64,000 nucleotides of DNA from Candidatus Thorarchaeota archaeon (lineage in GTDB: Archaea > Asgardarchaeota > Thorarchaeia > Thorarchaeales > Thorarchaeaceae), in the NCBI GenBank assembly GCA_016933575.1, contig JAFGAR010000064.1, positions 32,001-96,000 of the forward strand, given 5' to 3'. The notes beneath the pieces are model-generated. The model saw only the letters and a program-made list of their open reading frames with translations, did no database searches and was not told the DNA's origin. This document shows positions 11,014-21,226 of the stretch, one piece after another (position 1 is the stretch's first letter; every line of letters begins with the position of its first letter). Made by a program: the position numbers and the translations under genes.

Positions 11014-11118
11014 TTGTAATTTGCTCCTTGTTGACCTAAGTTGGGTCTATACTGACAAGACAATAATTGTTACAGGATTTAAAACGTAGGGTTTGTCTCT
11101 CAAACGGCAATCACCAGT

Positions 11119-11775
11119 CTATTCCATAGCTTTCTTCAGGTCTCTTACCCGTTGTTCGATATCTAGCGCTTTAAACACTGCAGAACCTGCGATAAAGAAA
11201 TCTGCTCCAGCTTTTCTCAGATTGCCAATATTTTCGAGTGTGACTCCACCATCTACCGCAATACGAACACTCGGTTTTAGTTCATCAAGTAGTGTCCTTA
11301 GTTTCGTGATTTTACTTGTTGATGATGGAATGAATTGCTGACCTCCAAATCCCGGACAGACACTCATTATGAGAACTGAGTCGATGAGGTCAATGACTCC
11401 TTCAACAGACTCCACCGGTGTTGCAGGATTGAGAGTGATTCCTGCTCGTCCACCATGGTCTACAATCATCTGGACTGTTCGATAAATATCGTAAGAACCC
11501 TCAATATGTGGATAAATCAATTCCACACCCGCATCAATAAACTTGGGGATATACTCTCTAGGATTAGTTATCATCAGATGCGCATCAAGAGGACGATCAG
11601 TGATCTTCTTCATCTGTTTGGCAACCCAGGGACCAAAGGAGATGTTTGGCACGAAGTGTCCATCCATAATATCAAGATGGAAATAATCAGATCCTCCTCT
11701 CTCTGCTGCTCTGATATCCTCTTCGAGGTGAGCAAAGTTCGCTGCAAGTATGGAGGGTGTCAGTAAGGGCTTCAT
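11119..11775 (-). CDS. rpe: Ribulose-phosphate 3-epimerase
   Basis: PSIL, HLDIMDGHFVPN, DAHLM, MSVCPGFGGQ and VDGG motifs. Confidence 0.97.
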   Translation of the reverse strand: MKPLLTPSILAANFAHLEEDIRAAERGGSDYFHLDIMDGHFVPNISFGPWVAKQMKKITDRPLDAHLMITNPREYIPKFIDAGVELIYPHIEGSYDIYRTVQMIVDHGGRAGITLNPATPVESVEGVIDLIDSVLIMSVCPGFGGQQFIPSSTSKITKLRTLLDELKPSVRIAVDGGVTLENIGNLRKAGADFFIAGSAVFKALDIEQRVRDLKKAME

Positions 11776-11842
11776 GGCATGTTACTCTCGCACATGCTCG
11801 TTTTTAATCTTCGCGATTTGTTATAATCGCCCATCTAATCCT

Positions 11843-13486
11843 TCAATCCTTGAGGAGTTTAGGAATCTGAAAGTGAGCAAGCAATACTATTGCAATCGTA
11901 GCAAGTCCTTGCATTGAGAGACTCAAGATCTGTGAGCCAGTAAATATCATAGTTATGCCAAAACAGAGCAGTGGTCCAACTCCAACGATGGCTCCTACAA
12001 ATCCAGCGATCAGTGCCATTCTCTGATCTGCGGCTAGGTTGATTGCCACTGCACGCCCACCACCTCTGTATCGATACATTGTCGCACCGACTGACATTGG
12101 TACTGCATATCCCAAAGGTACCGCAATGATAGGCACCATGATGACAAGCCAAGTAATTGGATTGAAGATTGAAAGTAGTAAGGCAATCAACAGCATAGTT
12201 ATAGTATATGGAATGATTGAGATTACTACTTTCCCTCTAAGTACCAGTTTTGAACTCAAAGGAAGTCCTTCATGAATTGATGATCCCTGTGTATCAAACA
12301 TCATCACTGAAACAACTGACAACCCTGAGAAGAGATTTCCATAGGCAACTGCTGTGAGAGCTGTGATACTATGGAGCGGTCCATCGCGAGCCCATCCTGC
12401 TATCATAGGATAGAGCATAATCATAAGGAAGACTGGTATTGCAAAGATTATTGCTGAACCGACACTCTTTGTAGCCATCTTCATGTCTTTTCTGATGACT
12501 GCCATCAAAGGCGTCTTCGTTATAATTTCGATTTCTCTCAATGCAGTTGTTCTTCCAGTTGAAACTCCACCAAGGGCAAGACCTCTAAGCAGATTTCCAC
12601 TCTGTCTATAAAGCACGACTGCAATGACTCCATAGAGTAGGGACATACCGAGAGCAATGTAAGGTATTAGTTGATTGCTCATGACTACTCCCGGTGTAAC
12701 AATAGAGGTTAAGAATCCAAAAGAGAATGGAAAGAGGATTGACAAGAAGAGGTAGGTGCCATCGAAGGTTTCTGCGAACTGAATTACAAATTGTATAATG
12801 TACGGGATATAGCTTGCCAACATGTAGATGCTCATGATTCCAACAACAAGACCAATAGTTGCAGCTAGTCGTATGATCGTTCCTAACTTTGTTTCTTCGG
12901 ACGAGTGTATTTTTTCTTGGAACCAACAAGAGAATCCAATTAGTGTACGGAGTGACACTGAGACTGTTGCCGAACAACCTATGAAAGCGACCATAGCTGC
13001 CAGTGGACCGAAGAGAATTAGTAATGCAATTGGGAATATAGCTACAGTCATTACTGCTGGAGCTAGAAAGACTCGCATAAACGCTAAGACTGCCAGGCTC
13101 TCTAATTCTTTGGTGCTGAGTGGTAACGTGCTAGGAAGTTTCATTGCACCAGACGTAAAGAATCCTGTCGTTGTAGTGAGATTAAGGAAAAAAATCAGAA
13201 TAAATGCGAGAGCCATGAAGAGTGAAAACCCAATCGCTAATCGGACACCCAAATTGCCTAGACTAGTATCAAATGCCATGCCTGCAATTGTAAGAGATGC
13301 TAGCATAGTGAGTATGATTACACTCATCATGCCATTTACCCTACTTGCTGAACGGATGCTTCTGGAGATTTTCTCAGGGTCTTCCTTTATCCTAGCTTTA
13401 TTCCCGGGATTATTTTCAAGGAATCCATCGAATCTCATCTGATTTGCAATTACACCTGCGATTCTCCACCGTTCCCTGAAGTTCAA
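11843..13486 (-). CDS. ABC-2-type exporter permease (multi-TM)
   Basis: Polytopic membrane protein with two permease-like halves; its start overlaps the stop of the ABC ATPase gene. Confidence 0.75.
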   Translation of the reverse strand: MNFRERWRIAGVIANQMRFDGFLENNPGNKARIKEDPEKISRSIRSASRVNGMMSVIILTMLASLTIAGMAFDTSLGNLGVRLAIGFSLFMALAFILIFFLNLTTTTGFFTSGAMKLPSTLPLSTKELESLAVLAFMRVFLAPAVMTVAIFPIALLILFGPLAAMVAFIGCSATVSVSLRTLIGFSCWFQEKIHSSEETKLGTIIRLAATIGLVVGIMSIYMLASYIPYIIQFVIQFAETFDGTYLFLSILFPFSFGFLTSIVTPGVVMSNQLIPYIALGMSLLYGVIAVVLYRQSGNLLRGLALGGVSTGRTTALREIEIITKTPLMAVIRKDMKMATKSVGSAIIFAIPVFLMIMLYPMIAGWARDGPLHSITALTAVAYGNLFSGLSVVSVMMFDTQGSSIHEGLPLSSKLVLRGKVVISIIPYTITMLLIALLLSIFNPITWLVIMVPIIAVPLGYAVPMSVGATMYRYRGGGRAVAINLAADQRMALIAGFVGAIVGVGPLLCFGITMIFTGSQILSLSMQGLATIAIVLLAHFQIPKLLKD

Positions 13487-14262
13487 TCCGAGAGTGCCTC
13501 CCGAAGAGCATCAACGCCAATTTGGACTTCTTCTTCTTGCTCTGTCAATCTGAGGAATATCTTCTCAAGGGTTGCGCCTTCCTCGTGAGCCTGGCTTCTC
13601 AGATCCTCTATTGTCCCCTCACCAACCATGACTCCATCATCCAGTATTCCAACTCTATCACATAGACCCTGTGCTACTTCCATGATGTGTGTGGAGAGTA
13701 AAACAGAACCTCCTCCCTCAACATGAATTTTGATGATGTCCTTCATAATCTTGGCAGTTCGTACATCAAGACCTGCGAAAGGCTCGTCAAGGATTAGGAG
13801 TGTTGGAGCATGAAGTAGAGCTGATATGAGCATGGTCTTCTGTTTGTTACCTTGCGAGAGCGTAACGATCATGGAGTCGAAATACCGTTCGAAGTCTAGA
13901 GCTTTCACCATCTCTTTGATCCGTTTATTGACTCGCTCAGATGGCAATTCTCTGATGGACGCAATGAATTCAAAGAGCTCGCGTGGTGTAAGTGAGTCAT
14001 AGAGATGATGTTCTTCTGGAACATATCCCACCAATCTCTTGACTTCAATCGGATCATCAAGAGAACTGATACCATAAATCTTCGATGCACCACTATCAGG
14101 ATCAAGCAGTCCCATGAGACATTTAATCGTAGTTGTCTTTCCGGCACCATTTGGGCCAAGAATCCCATAGATCTCGCCCTCTCGAACTTGGAAGGTCACA
14201 TCACTCACCGCAACGAGACTTCCAAAGGATTTTACAAGATTTTCAATTTCGACAGCTGCCAT
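13483..14262 (-). CDS. ABC transporter ATP-binding protein
   Basis: Walker A GPNGAGKTT, signature LSQGNKQ, Walker B LILDEP, H-loop STH. Confidence 0.95.
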   Translation of the reverse strand: MAAVEIENLVKSFGSLVAVSDVTFQVREGEIYGILGPNGAGKTTTIKCLMGLLDPDSGASKIYGISSLDDPIEVKRLVGYVPEEHHLYDSLTPRELFEFIASIRELPSERVNKRIKEMVKALDFERYFDSMIVTLSQGNKQKTMLISALLHAPTLLILDEPFAGLDVRTAKIMKDIIKIHVEGGGSVLLSTHIMEVAQGLCDRVGILDDGVMVGEGTIEDLRSQAHEEGATLEKIFLRLTEQEEEVQIGVDALREALSD

Positions 14263-14485
14263 TTATTTGAGCTCCATCATAATCATGTGTAGATAACGAC
14301 ACATCCGCCTATTGATAATCCGTTTGAATTAATATAACATTTCACAACAACGCTAGAATATCAAATCTAGAGTACGTTCTCTGACTTGGAGTCAATAGTT
14401 GTTGACTATGTGGCTTAATTCAATTATGCAATAAACCATTTCGAATGATGAAAATAGATAAATAATTCTAAGTTTCAGCATAGCT

Positions 14486-14716
14486 TTGGTTAGGAACATG
14501 GTAGACAATGACGATATCCCAAATATCGATAATGTCAATACTGGCGAGGCGTGTACAGTACTTCTAATGATAGCTGCTTTTGTTGCTGCGATGAATACTT
14601 TCGTAGTCTCATCAGATCCTTTTAGCTTCTATATGACAATAGCACTAACATTTGGGCTTATTGCTATCGCATCAGCAATATTGACGGTTGGACGACGAGT
14701 CAGTTCCAATGCCTAA
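14486..14716 (+). CDS. Small two-TM membrane protein
   Basis: Short ORF with two hydrophobic helices in an otherwise empty intergenic gap. The start may be the ATG at 14498. Confidence 0.55.
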   Translation: MVRNMVDNDDIPNIDNVNTGEACTVLLMIAAFVAAMNTFVVSSDPFSFYMTIALTFGLIAIASAILTVGRRVSSNA

Positions 14717-14902
14717 TGCTCGTATTGAATTTAACAACCTCTTGATGCATAAGAGACGCCATAAATGATCTTAGTCAGAATGAAGATTCAAATTTCAAAA
14801 AGCACTTAGAACAGAACCAAGCATACCCCACACAAGTGGTTCTTTCCTATCTATTCTAATCACTAGTCGATAGATTTCCTCAACTTCTAAAGCCATCCTT
14901 GC

Positions 14903-16171
14903 TTATTCTGAATTTGAGATACGTTGATAGAGAACATATAGAACTATCAACCAAATTGGTGTTATTGGGTCTAATCCAAGTACTAGATAATAGAGAACAA
15001 TTCCTATTGAGAAGAAAGCAAGTAGGTTGTTAGATCCTGCCCATAGAGTGTCAAGTTTTCGTTTCTCGCCTTCTTGTAGGGTTGGTGAACTATAGAGTTG
15101 CAGCATTGAAGGCGCAAGAAGTGCATACCAGAACGACAGGAATAGAAACCATGAATCAGGGTAGACCAAAAGAACAAGAAACATCATAGAAGCAAAGTGA
15201 TGTGTGTACCTCTTTTTATCCATTGGTGATCTGATGAATGAGATATAGTTCCTTGAGAAAATGTAACCTCCAAGAGTCAGGATTACTGCATACTGAAGAA
15301 TATTGGTGTCAATAAAGGGAAGGAGTGCAACTGCAAGTCTTGTAATACTTGTGCTGTGATGATAAGAAAGTCCCTCAACGAGATTCACATGTATGAAATC
15401 CATGAATGCAAAGGGATATAGAAAGAAATACACGATATTTGGTATCATTGATACTAGGAATCCAAAAAATACACCACCAAACTTCTTGAATGGAATGGCA
15501 ATCCCAAGTTTTCTTTTCAATGTGAAAGGTACCAAAAAGGGGAGAAATACAACACAGAAGGGTTTGATGGTTATTGCTATACCGATTAGAAGTCCAATCA
15601 TGATAGGTATTCTAATTGAGTGTTCTGAAGACACAAGTAGTAAGAATAGTACTAATAGAACAAGGAGAATCACGAGCTGCGAAATCTGACCGAGTATGAG
15701 GTTCACAACATTTGGTGGGGTGATTGCTACGATTGCCAATGTTCTTTCAAAGTTCTTCGTTGACGGCAATACACCTCTTTTCACACTTATGGCATAGACT
15801 GCATAAACTATTAGGATACTGAATATCATCATCATTGTGATATTCAATATGTAAAGTGCATACAATGGAATTATTGCAAACAAAGACATGTACGCTGCAA
15901 AAGATGGTAAGTATCTGAATGGTAGGCCATTTGGAGCTACAAAATAGATGTTTCCTGGTGAAATTAAGAATTCCTGACCTGCTTCGTAGAAGACTTGGAA
16001 ATCCATTGTATAGACTGTAGTGCCTACGCTACCTGTAATCATTAGATAGAGAAAGATAATGAGAACGCAGAAATAATACCCAAAATTGAAAGCAACTCCT
16101 CCAAGAAGTAAGTGTGATCTCTTTAAATACTGTATAAACGACCCTAACGAAGCAGGTTCATTTTCTACCAT
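14903..16171 (-). CDS. GT87/DUF2029-like GT-C fold membrane glycosyltransferase
   Basis: TM1 followed by DFQVFYEAG, then PFRYLP, LGQ and IKP motifs; many TM helices. ATG 16171 overlaps the upstream stop. Confidence 0.75.
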   Translation of the reverse strand: MVENEPASLGSFIQYLKRSHLLLGGVAFNFGYYFCVLIIFLYLMITGSVGTTVYTMDFQVFYEAGQEFLISPGNIYFVAPNGLPFRYLPSFAAYMSLFAIIPLYALYILNITMMMIFSILIVYAVYAISVKRGVLPSTKNFERTLAIVAITPPNVVNLILGQISQLVILLVLLVLFLLLVSSEHSIRIPIMIGLLIGIAITIKPFCVVFLPFLVPFTLKRKLGIAIPFKKFGGVFFGFLVSMIPNIVYFFLYPFAFMDFIHVNLVEGLSYHHSTSITRLAVALLPFIDTNILQYAVILTLGGYIFSRNYISFIRSPMDKKRYTHHFASMMFLVLLVYPDSWFLFLSFWYALLAPSMLQLYSSPTLQEGEKRKLDTLWAGSNNLLAFFSIGIVLYYLVLGLDPITPIWLIVLYVLYQRISNSE

Positions 16172-16737
16172 ATAGGAACACCCCACAATAAGGCTTCAGA
16201 AATGAGCAATGAAACACTCGAACCAAAAAATAAACCTATCACAATCAGTGCTTCCGGCCATTTGTATCGCTTTGTCCATCTCTCATCAATTATAAAGAAC
16301 GGAATGAAAAGAATGGCTATACTGAATGCCATCAAGATGAGGTTGGGAGGTTGAATATAGTTTCTCGCATCAAACAATATCATTAAGATGGCTAATATAA
16401 CAACAGGTGGATGTAGGGTGAGTCTCTCAAGAATTGCCCAGTTCTTCTTCTGAGCCCAATGCTCTTGTGTCTGAAATTTGCGAATGAAATTGATATCCCA
16501 GACTGATGTCACAAGTAAGATTGGAAATGCTATCATCACCATGATATTTAAAGGATAGACACTTAGACCAAAGGCTAGTGCAAGACATGTGTAATATGAA
16601 AAAAATCGACTGAAATATCTACGTCTAAAATCCAACTCACTCTTCAATTTTATTTCTACTATCCACACTCTAAAGAGAAAAAACACGATACCTACTACAA
16701 CGATTATTTCTAGATATCCCAATATTTGAATCCTCAT
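16165..16737 (-). CDS. Hypothetical integral membrane protein
   Basis: About 6 hydrophobic segments; coupled to the downstream GT87 gene. Confidence 0.65.
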   Translation of the reverse strand: MRIQILGYLEIIVVVGIVFFLFRVWIVEIKLKSELDFRRRYFSRFFSYYTCLALAFGLSVYPLNIMVMIAFPILLVTSVWDINFIRKFQTQEHWAQKKNWAILERLTLHPPVVILAILMILFDARNYIQPPNLILMAFSIAILFIPFFIIDERWTKRYKWPEALIVIGLFFGSSVSLLISEALLWGVPIW

Positions 16738-16830
16738 TTCTTTCTCAAATATGCCTATTAAGATAATTTTTTGAATTCACAGATATCGACACAAAAACCT
16801 ATTGGGTCATGCTTTTTTTCGAATCCTCTA

Positions 16831-17265
16831 TCATTTTTCCTGATGAAGGTTCTTCTTGCAATCATCACAGATGATGTATACATCCAGACGTTGTCCAATG
16901 GGTTGTTTCCCAATCTCTGAGATAATATGATTCCATTTATTTCTTAAAGTATCAGAACTATAGTCCCAAATCACTCCACATCCCTTACAGATGATATTGA
17001 TATGGACCGAGGTGTTGGGATCAAAGCGTGAAGGTTGACTATTGAATCGTAATTCTGTGAGCATTCCCATTTCTTTAAGCATGTCCAGTGTGTGATATAC
17101 TGTGGTCATACTGATTGCGGGATGCTTTCTCTTAATCTCTTCAAAGATCTGCTCAGCGTTAGGATGTTTCTCATTCGATAGAACTATCTTACAAATTGCA
17201 ATTCTCTGTGGGGTTATCTTATACCCATTCTCTCTAAGTCTAGAGATTAGTTGTTCCTCATTCAT
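16831..17265 (-). CDS. perR: Fur/PerR family transcriptional regulator
   Basis: TPQRIAI, HPNAE, TVYHTL, RFD and a CxxC...CxxC Zn site; divergent from catalase. Confidence 0.85.
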   Translation of the reverse strand: MNEEQLISRLRENGYKITPQRIAICKIVLSNEKHPNAEQIFEEIKRKHPAISMTTVYHTLDMLKEMGMLTELRFNSQPSRFDPNTSVHINIICKGCGVIWDYSSDTLRNKWNHIISEIGKQPIGQRLDVYIICDDCKKNLHQEK

Positions 17266-17322
17266 ATTATCGCCAGTCTGAAGTTCTTAGTTGGAGCTTT
17301 TCATTCAACTTTTATTATTTCC

Positions 17323-17390
17323 CATTATAGATAATGCTTAAATAAAAGTGTTTGTTATTTAGTTTCTATTACAATTTAGTTTCTATTACA
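17323..17390. promoter_or_regulatory. Putative PerR/Fur operator region
   Basis: Inverted repeat CATTAT-AG-ATAATG (17323-17336) plus a perfect 17-bp tandem repeat ATTTAGTTTCTATTACA x2 (17357-17390). Confidence 0.55.
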
Positions 17391-17391
17391 A

Positions 17392-18864
17392 ATGAGGATG
17401 AGAAACATGACCGATTCAAAAAAGAAAAGAAAGGAAGAGCAACTAACAACTGCCTCTGGTTTTCCCGTTTCAGATAATCAGAACTCGATAACTGCTGGAG
17501 AACGCGGTCCATTATTAGTCGAGGATTTTCATCTATTTGAGAAACTGGCTCACTTCCATAGAGAACGTATTCCTGAACGTGTTGTTCATGCGAAGGGAGC
17601 TGGAGCTTTTGGTACATTCACAGTGACTCATAATATAACCAAATATACGAAAGCGAAGCTATTCTCAAAAGTTGGAAAGGCGACTGATGTCTTTCTCCGT
17701 TTTTCGACAGTCGCTGGAGAGAGAGGATCAGCAGATACAGTACGTGATGTACGTGGATTTGCTATCAAGTTCTATACCGAAGAAGGAAATTGGGATATGA
17801 CTGGAAATAACACCCCAGTATTCTTCGTTCGCGATCCCCTGAAATTTAGTGATTTTATCCACACACAGAAACGTCTTCCACAGACTAACCTTCGAAGTGA
17901 GACCATGTGGTGGGATTTCTGGTCTCTCTGTCCAGAGTCTCTTCATCAGGTAACAATTCTGTTCTCTGACCGAGGGACGCCCTATGGTCATACACACATG
18001 AATGGGTATGGAAGTCACACATATAGTTTCATTAATGCAAAGGATGAACGATTCTGGGTGAAGTTCCATATCAAGACCAAACAGGGAATTAAGAATTTCA
18101 GTGCTGATGAAGCAGCACGAATGACTTCACAAGATCCTGATTGGTCCACTCGAGACCTCTTTGAACGGATTAAGAGGGGTGATTTTCCGAAGTGGAGTTT
18201 CAAAATTCAGATAATGCCTGAAGAGGACGCAAAGACATATCGTTGGAATCCCTTTGATTTGACCAAAGTCTGGCCTCATAGTGATTATCCTTTGATGGAC
18301 GTAGGGGTGCTTGAGTTGAACAAGAATCCAGAGAATTACTTTGCTGACGTGGAACAGGCAGCTTTTGCTCCTTCCAATGTAGTCCCTGGAATTTCGTTCT
18401 CACCGGATAAAATGCTTCAGGCTAGGATTTTCTCCTATGCAGATGCCCATCGATATAGGCTAGGGGTCAATTATCAGTTATTACCAGTAAATCGTGCTAG
18501 AAATGCAAAAGTACACAACTATCAACGCGATGGCTTTATGAGATTTGATGGAAATGCTGGCGCCAATGTCAATTACGAGCCCAATAGTTTTGGTGGTCCA
18601 GTTGAGAATCCTGCTTTTCGAGATCCGCCTCTGAAGATTTTCGGAGATGCAGATAGGTATAATCAACCAAGGGTTGAAGATGATTTCACTCAACCTGGCA
18701 ATCTCTTTAGACTGATGTCAAAAGAGGAACAGGAACGGCTCATTGCTAACATCGTGAATTCGTTGAAGAATGTACCTGAATTCATACAGAAGCGTATGCT
18801 TGAGTACTTCCATAAGGCTGATGCTAATTATGGGAAGGGTGTTCAGAAAGGTTTGGGATTATAG
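17392..18864 (+). CDS. katA: Monofunctional small-subunit heme catalase
   Basis: [15 protein letters not shown] (distal His), GNNTPVFF and [11 protein letters not shown] (proximal Tyr). Confidence 0.97.
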   Translation: MRMRNMTDSKKKRKEEQLTTASGFPVSDNQNSITAGERGPLLVEDFHLFEKLAHFHRERIPERVVHAKGAGAFGTFTVTHNITKYTKAKLFSKVGKATDVFLRFSTVAGERGSADTVRDVRGFAIKFYTEEGNWDMTGNNTPVFFVRDPLKFSDFIHTQKRLPQTNLRSETMWWDFWSLCPESLHQVTILFSDRGTPYGHTHMNGYGSHTYSFINAKDERFWVKFHIKTKQGIKNFSADEAARMTSQDPDWSTRDLFERIKRGDFPKWSFKIQIMPEEDAKTYRWNPFDLTKVWPHSDYPLMDVGVLELNKNPENYFADVEQAAFAPSNVVPGISFSPDKMLQARIFSYADAHRYRLGVNYQLLPVNRARNAKVHNYQRDGFMRFDGNAGANVNYEPNSFGGPVENPAFRDPPLKIFGDADRYNQPRVEDDFTQPGNLFRLMSKEEQERLIANIVNSLKNVPEFIQKRMLEYFHKADANYGKGVQKGLGL

Positions 18865-18874
18865 AAACTCAATT

Positions 18875-18911
18875 TAAAAAAGAAGGGATTGACTCCCTTC
18901 TTCTATCTTTT
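18875..18911. terminator. Bidirectional hairpin terminator
   Basis: A-run, AAGAAGGGA-ttgac-TCCCTTCTT, T-rich tract, between convergent katA and MFS genes. Confidence 0.65.
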
Positions 18912-18927
18912 GATTTCTTGTTCGTAT

Positions 18928-20070
18928 CTATTCGATAGTCAATAGTGAATGAACTGCTGATGCTAGCGCTGCTATGGTGAATAAGGAAAGGATTGATGGA
19001 ATTCCCATACCTAGTCCCAATAGTAGTGCTGCAGCGAATGATCCCAATGCAATCGCGGAGTCAACTCCTGCGGAATAGATTGCCATACCTTTTGCTTCTG
19101 ACTTTGTAGATACACTTGATACAAATGAATTGAGAGCAATGTTCGCAGAGGCTAAGCCAAAACCAATCAATGCTGCGGCTATAATATATCCAATGATATC
19201 CGTGAGAATGACAAGAGTAGTAATTCCTCCTACAACGAATACTGCTCCAATTGATGCAACTCCTCTGTATTGAGAGTTGCCTGTCCAGACGCCACCAAAT
19301 ACGGAACCTATTATTTGAGCAAATGCGAAAGCTGTAAAGAACAGTCCTGGATTGTCTATACCATGAAGCACTGCTACTTCTGGAGAGTAGCTTAGTAATA
19401 ATCCATGCGGGATGAAGAGAAGAGCAATAGATATTGTAGGAGTCAGGACTGCTCGTTCAGGCATTCCCGATATCGGAACTTCATGTTCCAATACAGGTGG
19501 AATCGATCTCCAAACACAGATTGATAGTAGTGTGCTTATGATACCTATTCCAAATCCAATTTGAAAACAGAATATGAAATTCTCAAGTGACTGTATTGTA
19601 ATAATCCAACTACCAATTACTGGGAAAAACATTAGACTCAGAGACCCGAAGACATTTAGATATCCCAATGCTGCACTCATTCTAACACTCTCTGTATTTT
19701 CAGAGATCATTGTGAGGATAGTGACTGTTGACAGAGCCCATCCAAAACCCTGAACTGCTCTAATCACGTATACAGTTGCTATGTTCGATGCAAGTGAATA
19801 CCAACCAAGCGTAAGTGTGAGTACTACATTCCCAATAACAAGTGCGGCAGCATCGTCTATCTTTTCAATGATCAAACCAGACAAAAACCTTGATAGGACT
19901 GCTGAGAGGGTGAAGATCCCAAACGCGGTTCCTAGAGTCCCCGCTTCGCCAGACAGAAAGAGAATATAGTCCTGTAGTGCTGTCAGGACAAGGTTGTATG
20001 CAGAATACACTGCAAATGCAACTACTATAGTGTACTTGGTTGCAGCAGATAGGGGCTCTCTGTATTTCAT
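18928..20070 (-). CDS. MFS transporter
   Basis: About 12 TM helices; IRAVQGFG motif in TM4. Confidence 0.85.
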   Translation of the reverse strand: MKYREPLSAATKYTIVVAFAVYSAYNLVLTALQDYILFLSGEAGTLGTAFGIFTLSAVLSRFLSGLIIEKIDDAAALVIGNVVLTLTLGWYSLASNIATVYVIRAVQGFGWALSTVTILTMISENTESVRMSAALGYLNVFGSLSLMFFPVIGSWIITIQSLENFIFCFQIGFGIGIISTLLSICVWRSIPPVLEHEVPISGMPERAVLTPTISIALLFIPHGLLLSYSPEVAVLHGIDNPGLFFTAFAFAQIIGSVFGGVWTGNSQYRGVASIGAVFVVGGITTLVILTDIIGYIIAAALIGFGLASANIALNSFVSSVSTKSEAKGMAIYSAGVDSAIALGSFAAALLLGLGMGIPSILSLFTIAALASAVHSLLTIE

Positions 20071-20278
20071 TTACTCTAGTCACTATATCGCTGAATATTG
20101 AATCGGGTTATATCGTTGCTGGCCTGATCTTCAAAATACATACTGTCAGATCTTATTTTATTGAGTGAGTGTAATCTTCGTTACGCAAATTATGCACGAA
20201 GTCTCAATAATGAGTTAGAAATACTTGAAGAAGAAAATATATGTGGATTTGAAACTATTAATTCTCAAGTGGTAAGAT

Positions 20279-21163
20279 TTGAGGTTGCAGCAAAAGAGAG
20301 CATGTGCTTCCGCGATACTTGTTTCACTCACACTAGCAATGATGCTGGTATCACTTCAAACTGACCCCGTGAAAGCGAATCCAGTAGTCATTGGGCTTAT
20401 CCGATCGGAATATGGCACTATTACTAATGGCACCTTAGTCTCAATGCCTTTTGCTAATGTCAGAGCTGATATTGTTAGGGCTCAGAATGAAATTAATGTT
20501 CAAATGGAGGGCAATTACACAATAACGACAAATCTGTCTCAAAATGCTACTCTTGGCTTTGCGTTTCCAAAGAATCAAAGTCTAATTGAAGATTTCACAA
20601 TGCAAATCTACATGAACAGCACACTTGTGAGTCATCAAATTTTTGGATGGGACGATTTTGAAATGCAAGCAGTTTTTTCGAATTGCACTGTTGATGATTA
20701 TCTCACCGTATACTGGGCGAGCTTTGCCATCTTTAATTTCGAATTAATCGGGAATGCGACATATATTATGAATGTAAATTCCACAATGACCACAGGCATT
20801 GCATTTTATGAGGGTTATGAAACTTTGGGAAATGAATATTGGTATGAGTACATAGTTGCAAGCGCCAATACTTTCAATGGAAGTACAATTGAAACTGTGA
20901 CTTTTTCCATCTATGACGAACCAGATTTCGATTCCAAATCCTATATACCTGATGAGTATCTTACTGTGTCTGACTATGATGATTATAGTGAGGCTATTTG
21001 GCATTTTAATACTAGCGAATTCACGGATGAAAGAGTAAGATTCAAGGGATGTATTAATGCGCCATTTTATCAACAACCAGGATTCAACACAATCGTCGTA
21101 TTTGGATTAGTTGTTATTGGACTCATATCTGTGGCTATCATATACCGAAAATTCATTTCATGA
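20279..21163 (+). CDS. Secreted membrane-anchored hypothetical protein (paralog of 26473..27348)
   Basis: Signal peptide, beta-rich ectodomain, C-terminal TM + basic tail; shares motifs with 26473..27348. Confidence 0.75.
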   Translation: MRLQQKRACASAILVSLTLAMMLVSLQTDPVKANPVVIGLIRSEYGTITNGTLVSMPFANVRADIVRAQNEINVQMEGNYTITTNLSQNATLGFAFPKNQSLIEDFTMQIYMNSTLVSHQIFGWDDFEMQAVFSNCTVDDYLTVYWASFAIFNFELIGNATYIMNVNSTMTTGIAFYEGYETLGNEYWYEYIVASANTFNGSTIETVTFSIYDEPDFDSKSYIPDEYLTVSDYDDYSEAIWHFNTSEFTDERVRFKGCINAPFYQQPGFNTIVVFGLVVIGLISVAIIYRKFIS

Positions 21164-21226
21164 ATTAGTCTAGTTGCTTTCAACAAGAGCTTCTTATAAT
21201 ACCGCTAGTTCAGCTCGAAATAGTGG

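Noticed and set aside
10366-11775. tal-rpe pair as a novel pathway
   Set aside because: Ordinary non-oxidative pentose phosphate genes, already known from several archaeal groups.
12828-13442. 204-aa antisense ORF and the many other short overlapping ORFs in the track
   Set aside because: They lie opposite or within well-supported genes and have no recognisable motifs; typical shadow ORFs.
17357-17390. Direct repeat as CRISPR or IS end
   Set aside because: Only two abutting 17-bp copies, with no spacer and no cas or transposase gene.
20161-20364. 67-aa ORF overlapping the start of 20279..21163
   Set aside because: It conflicts with the better-supported signal-peptide-bearing gene.
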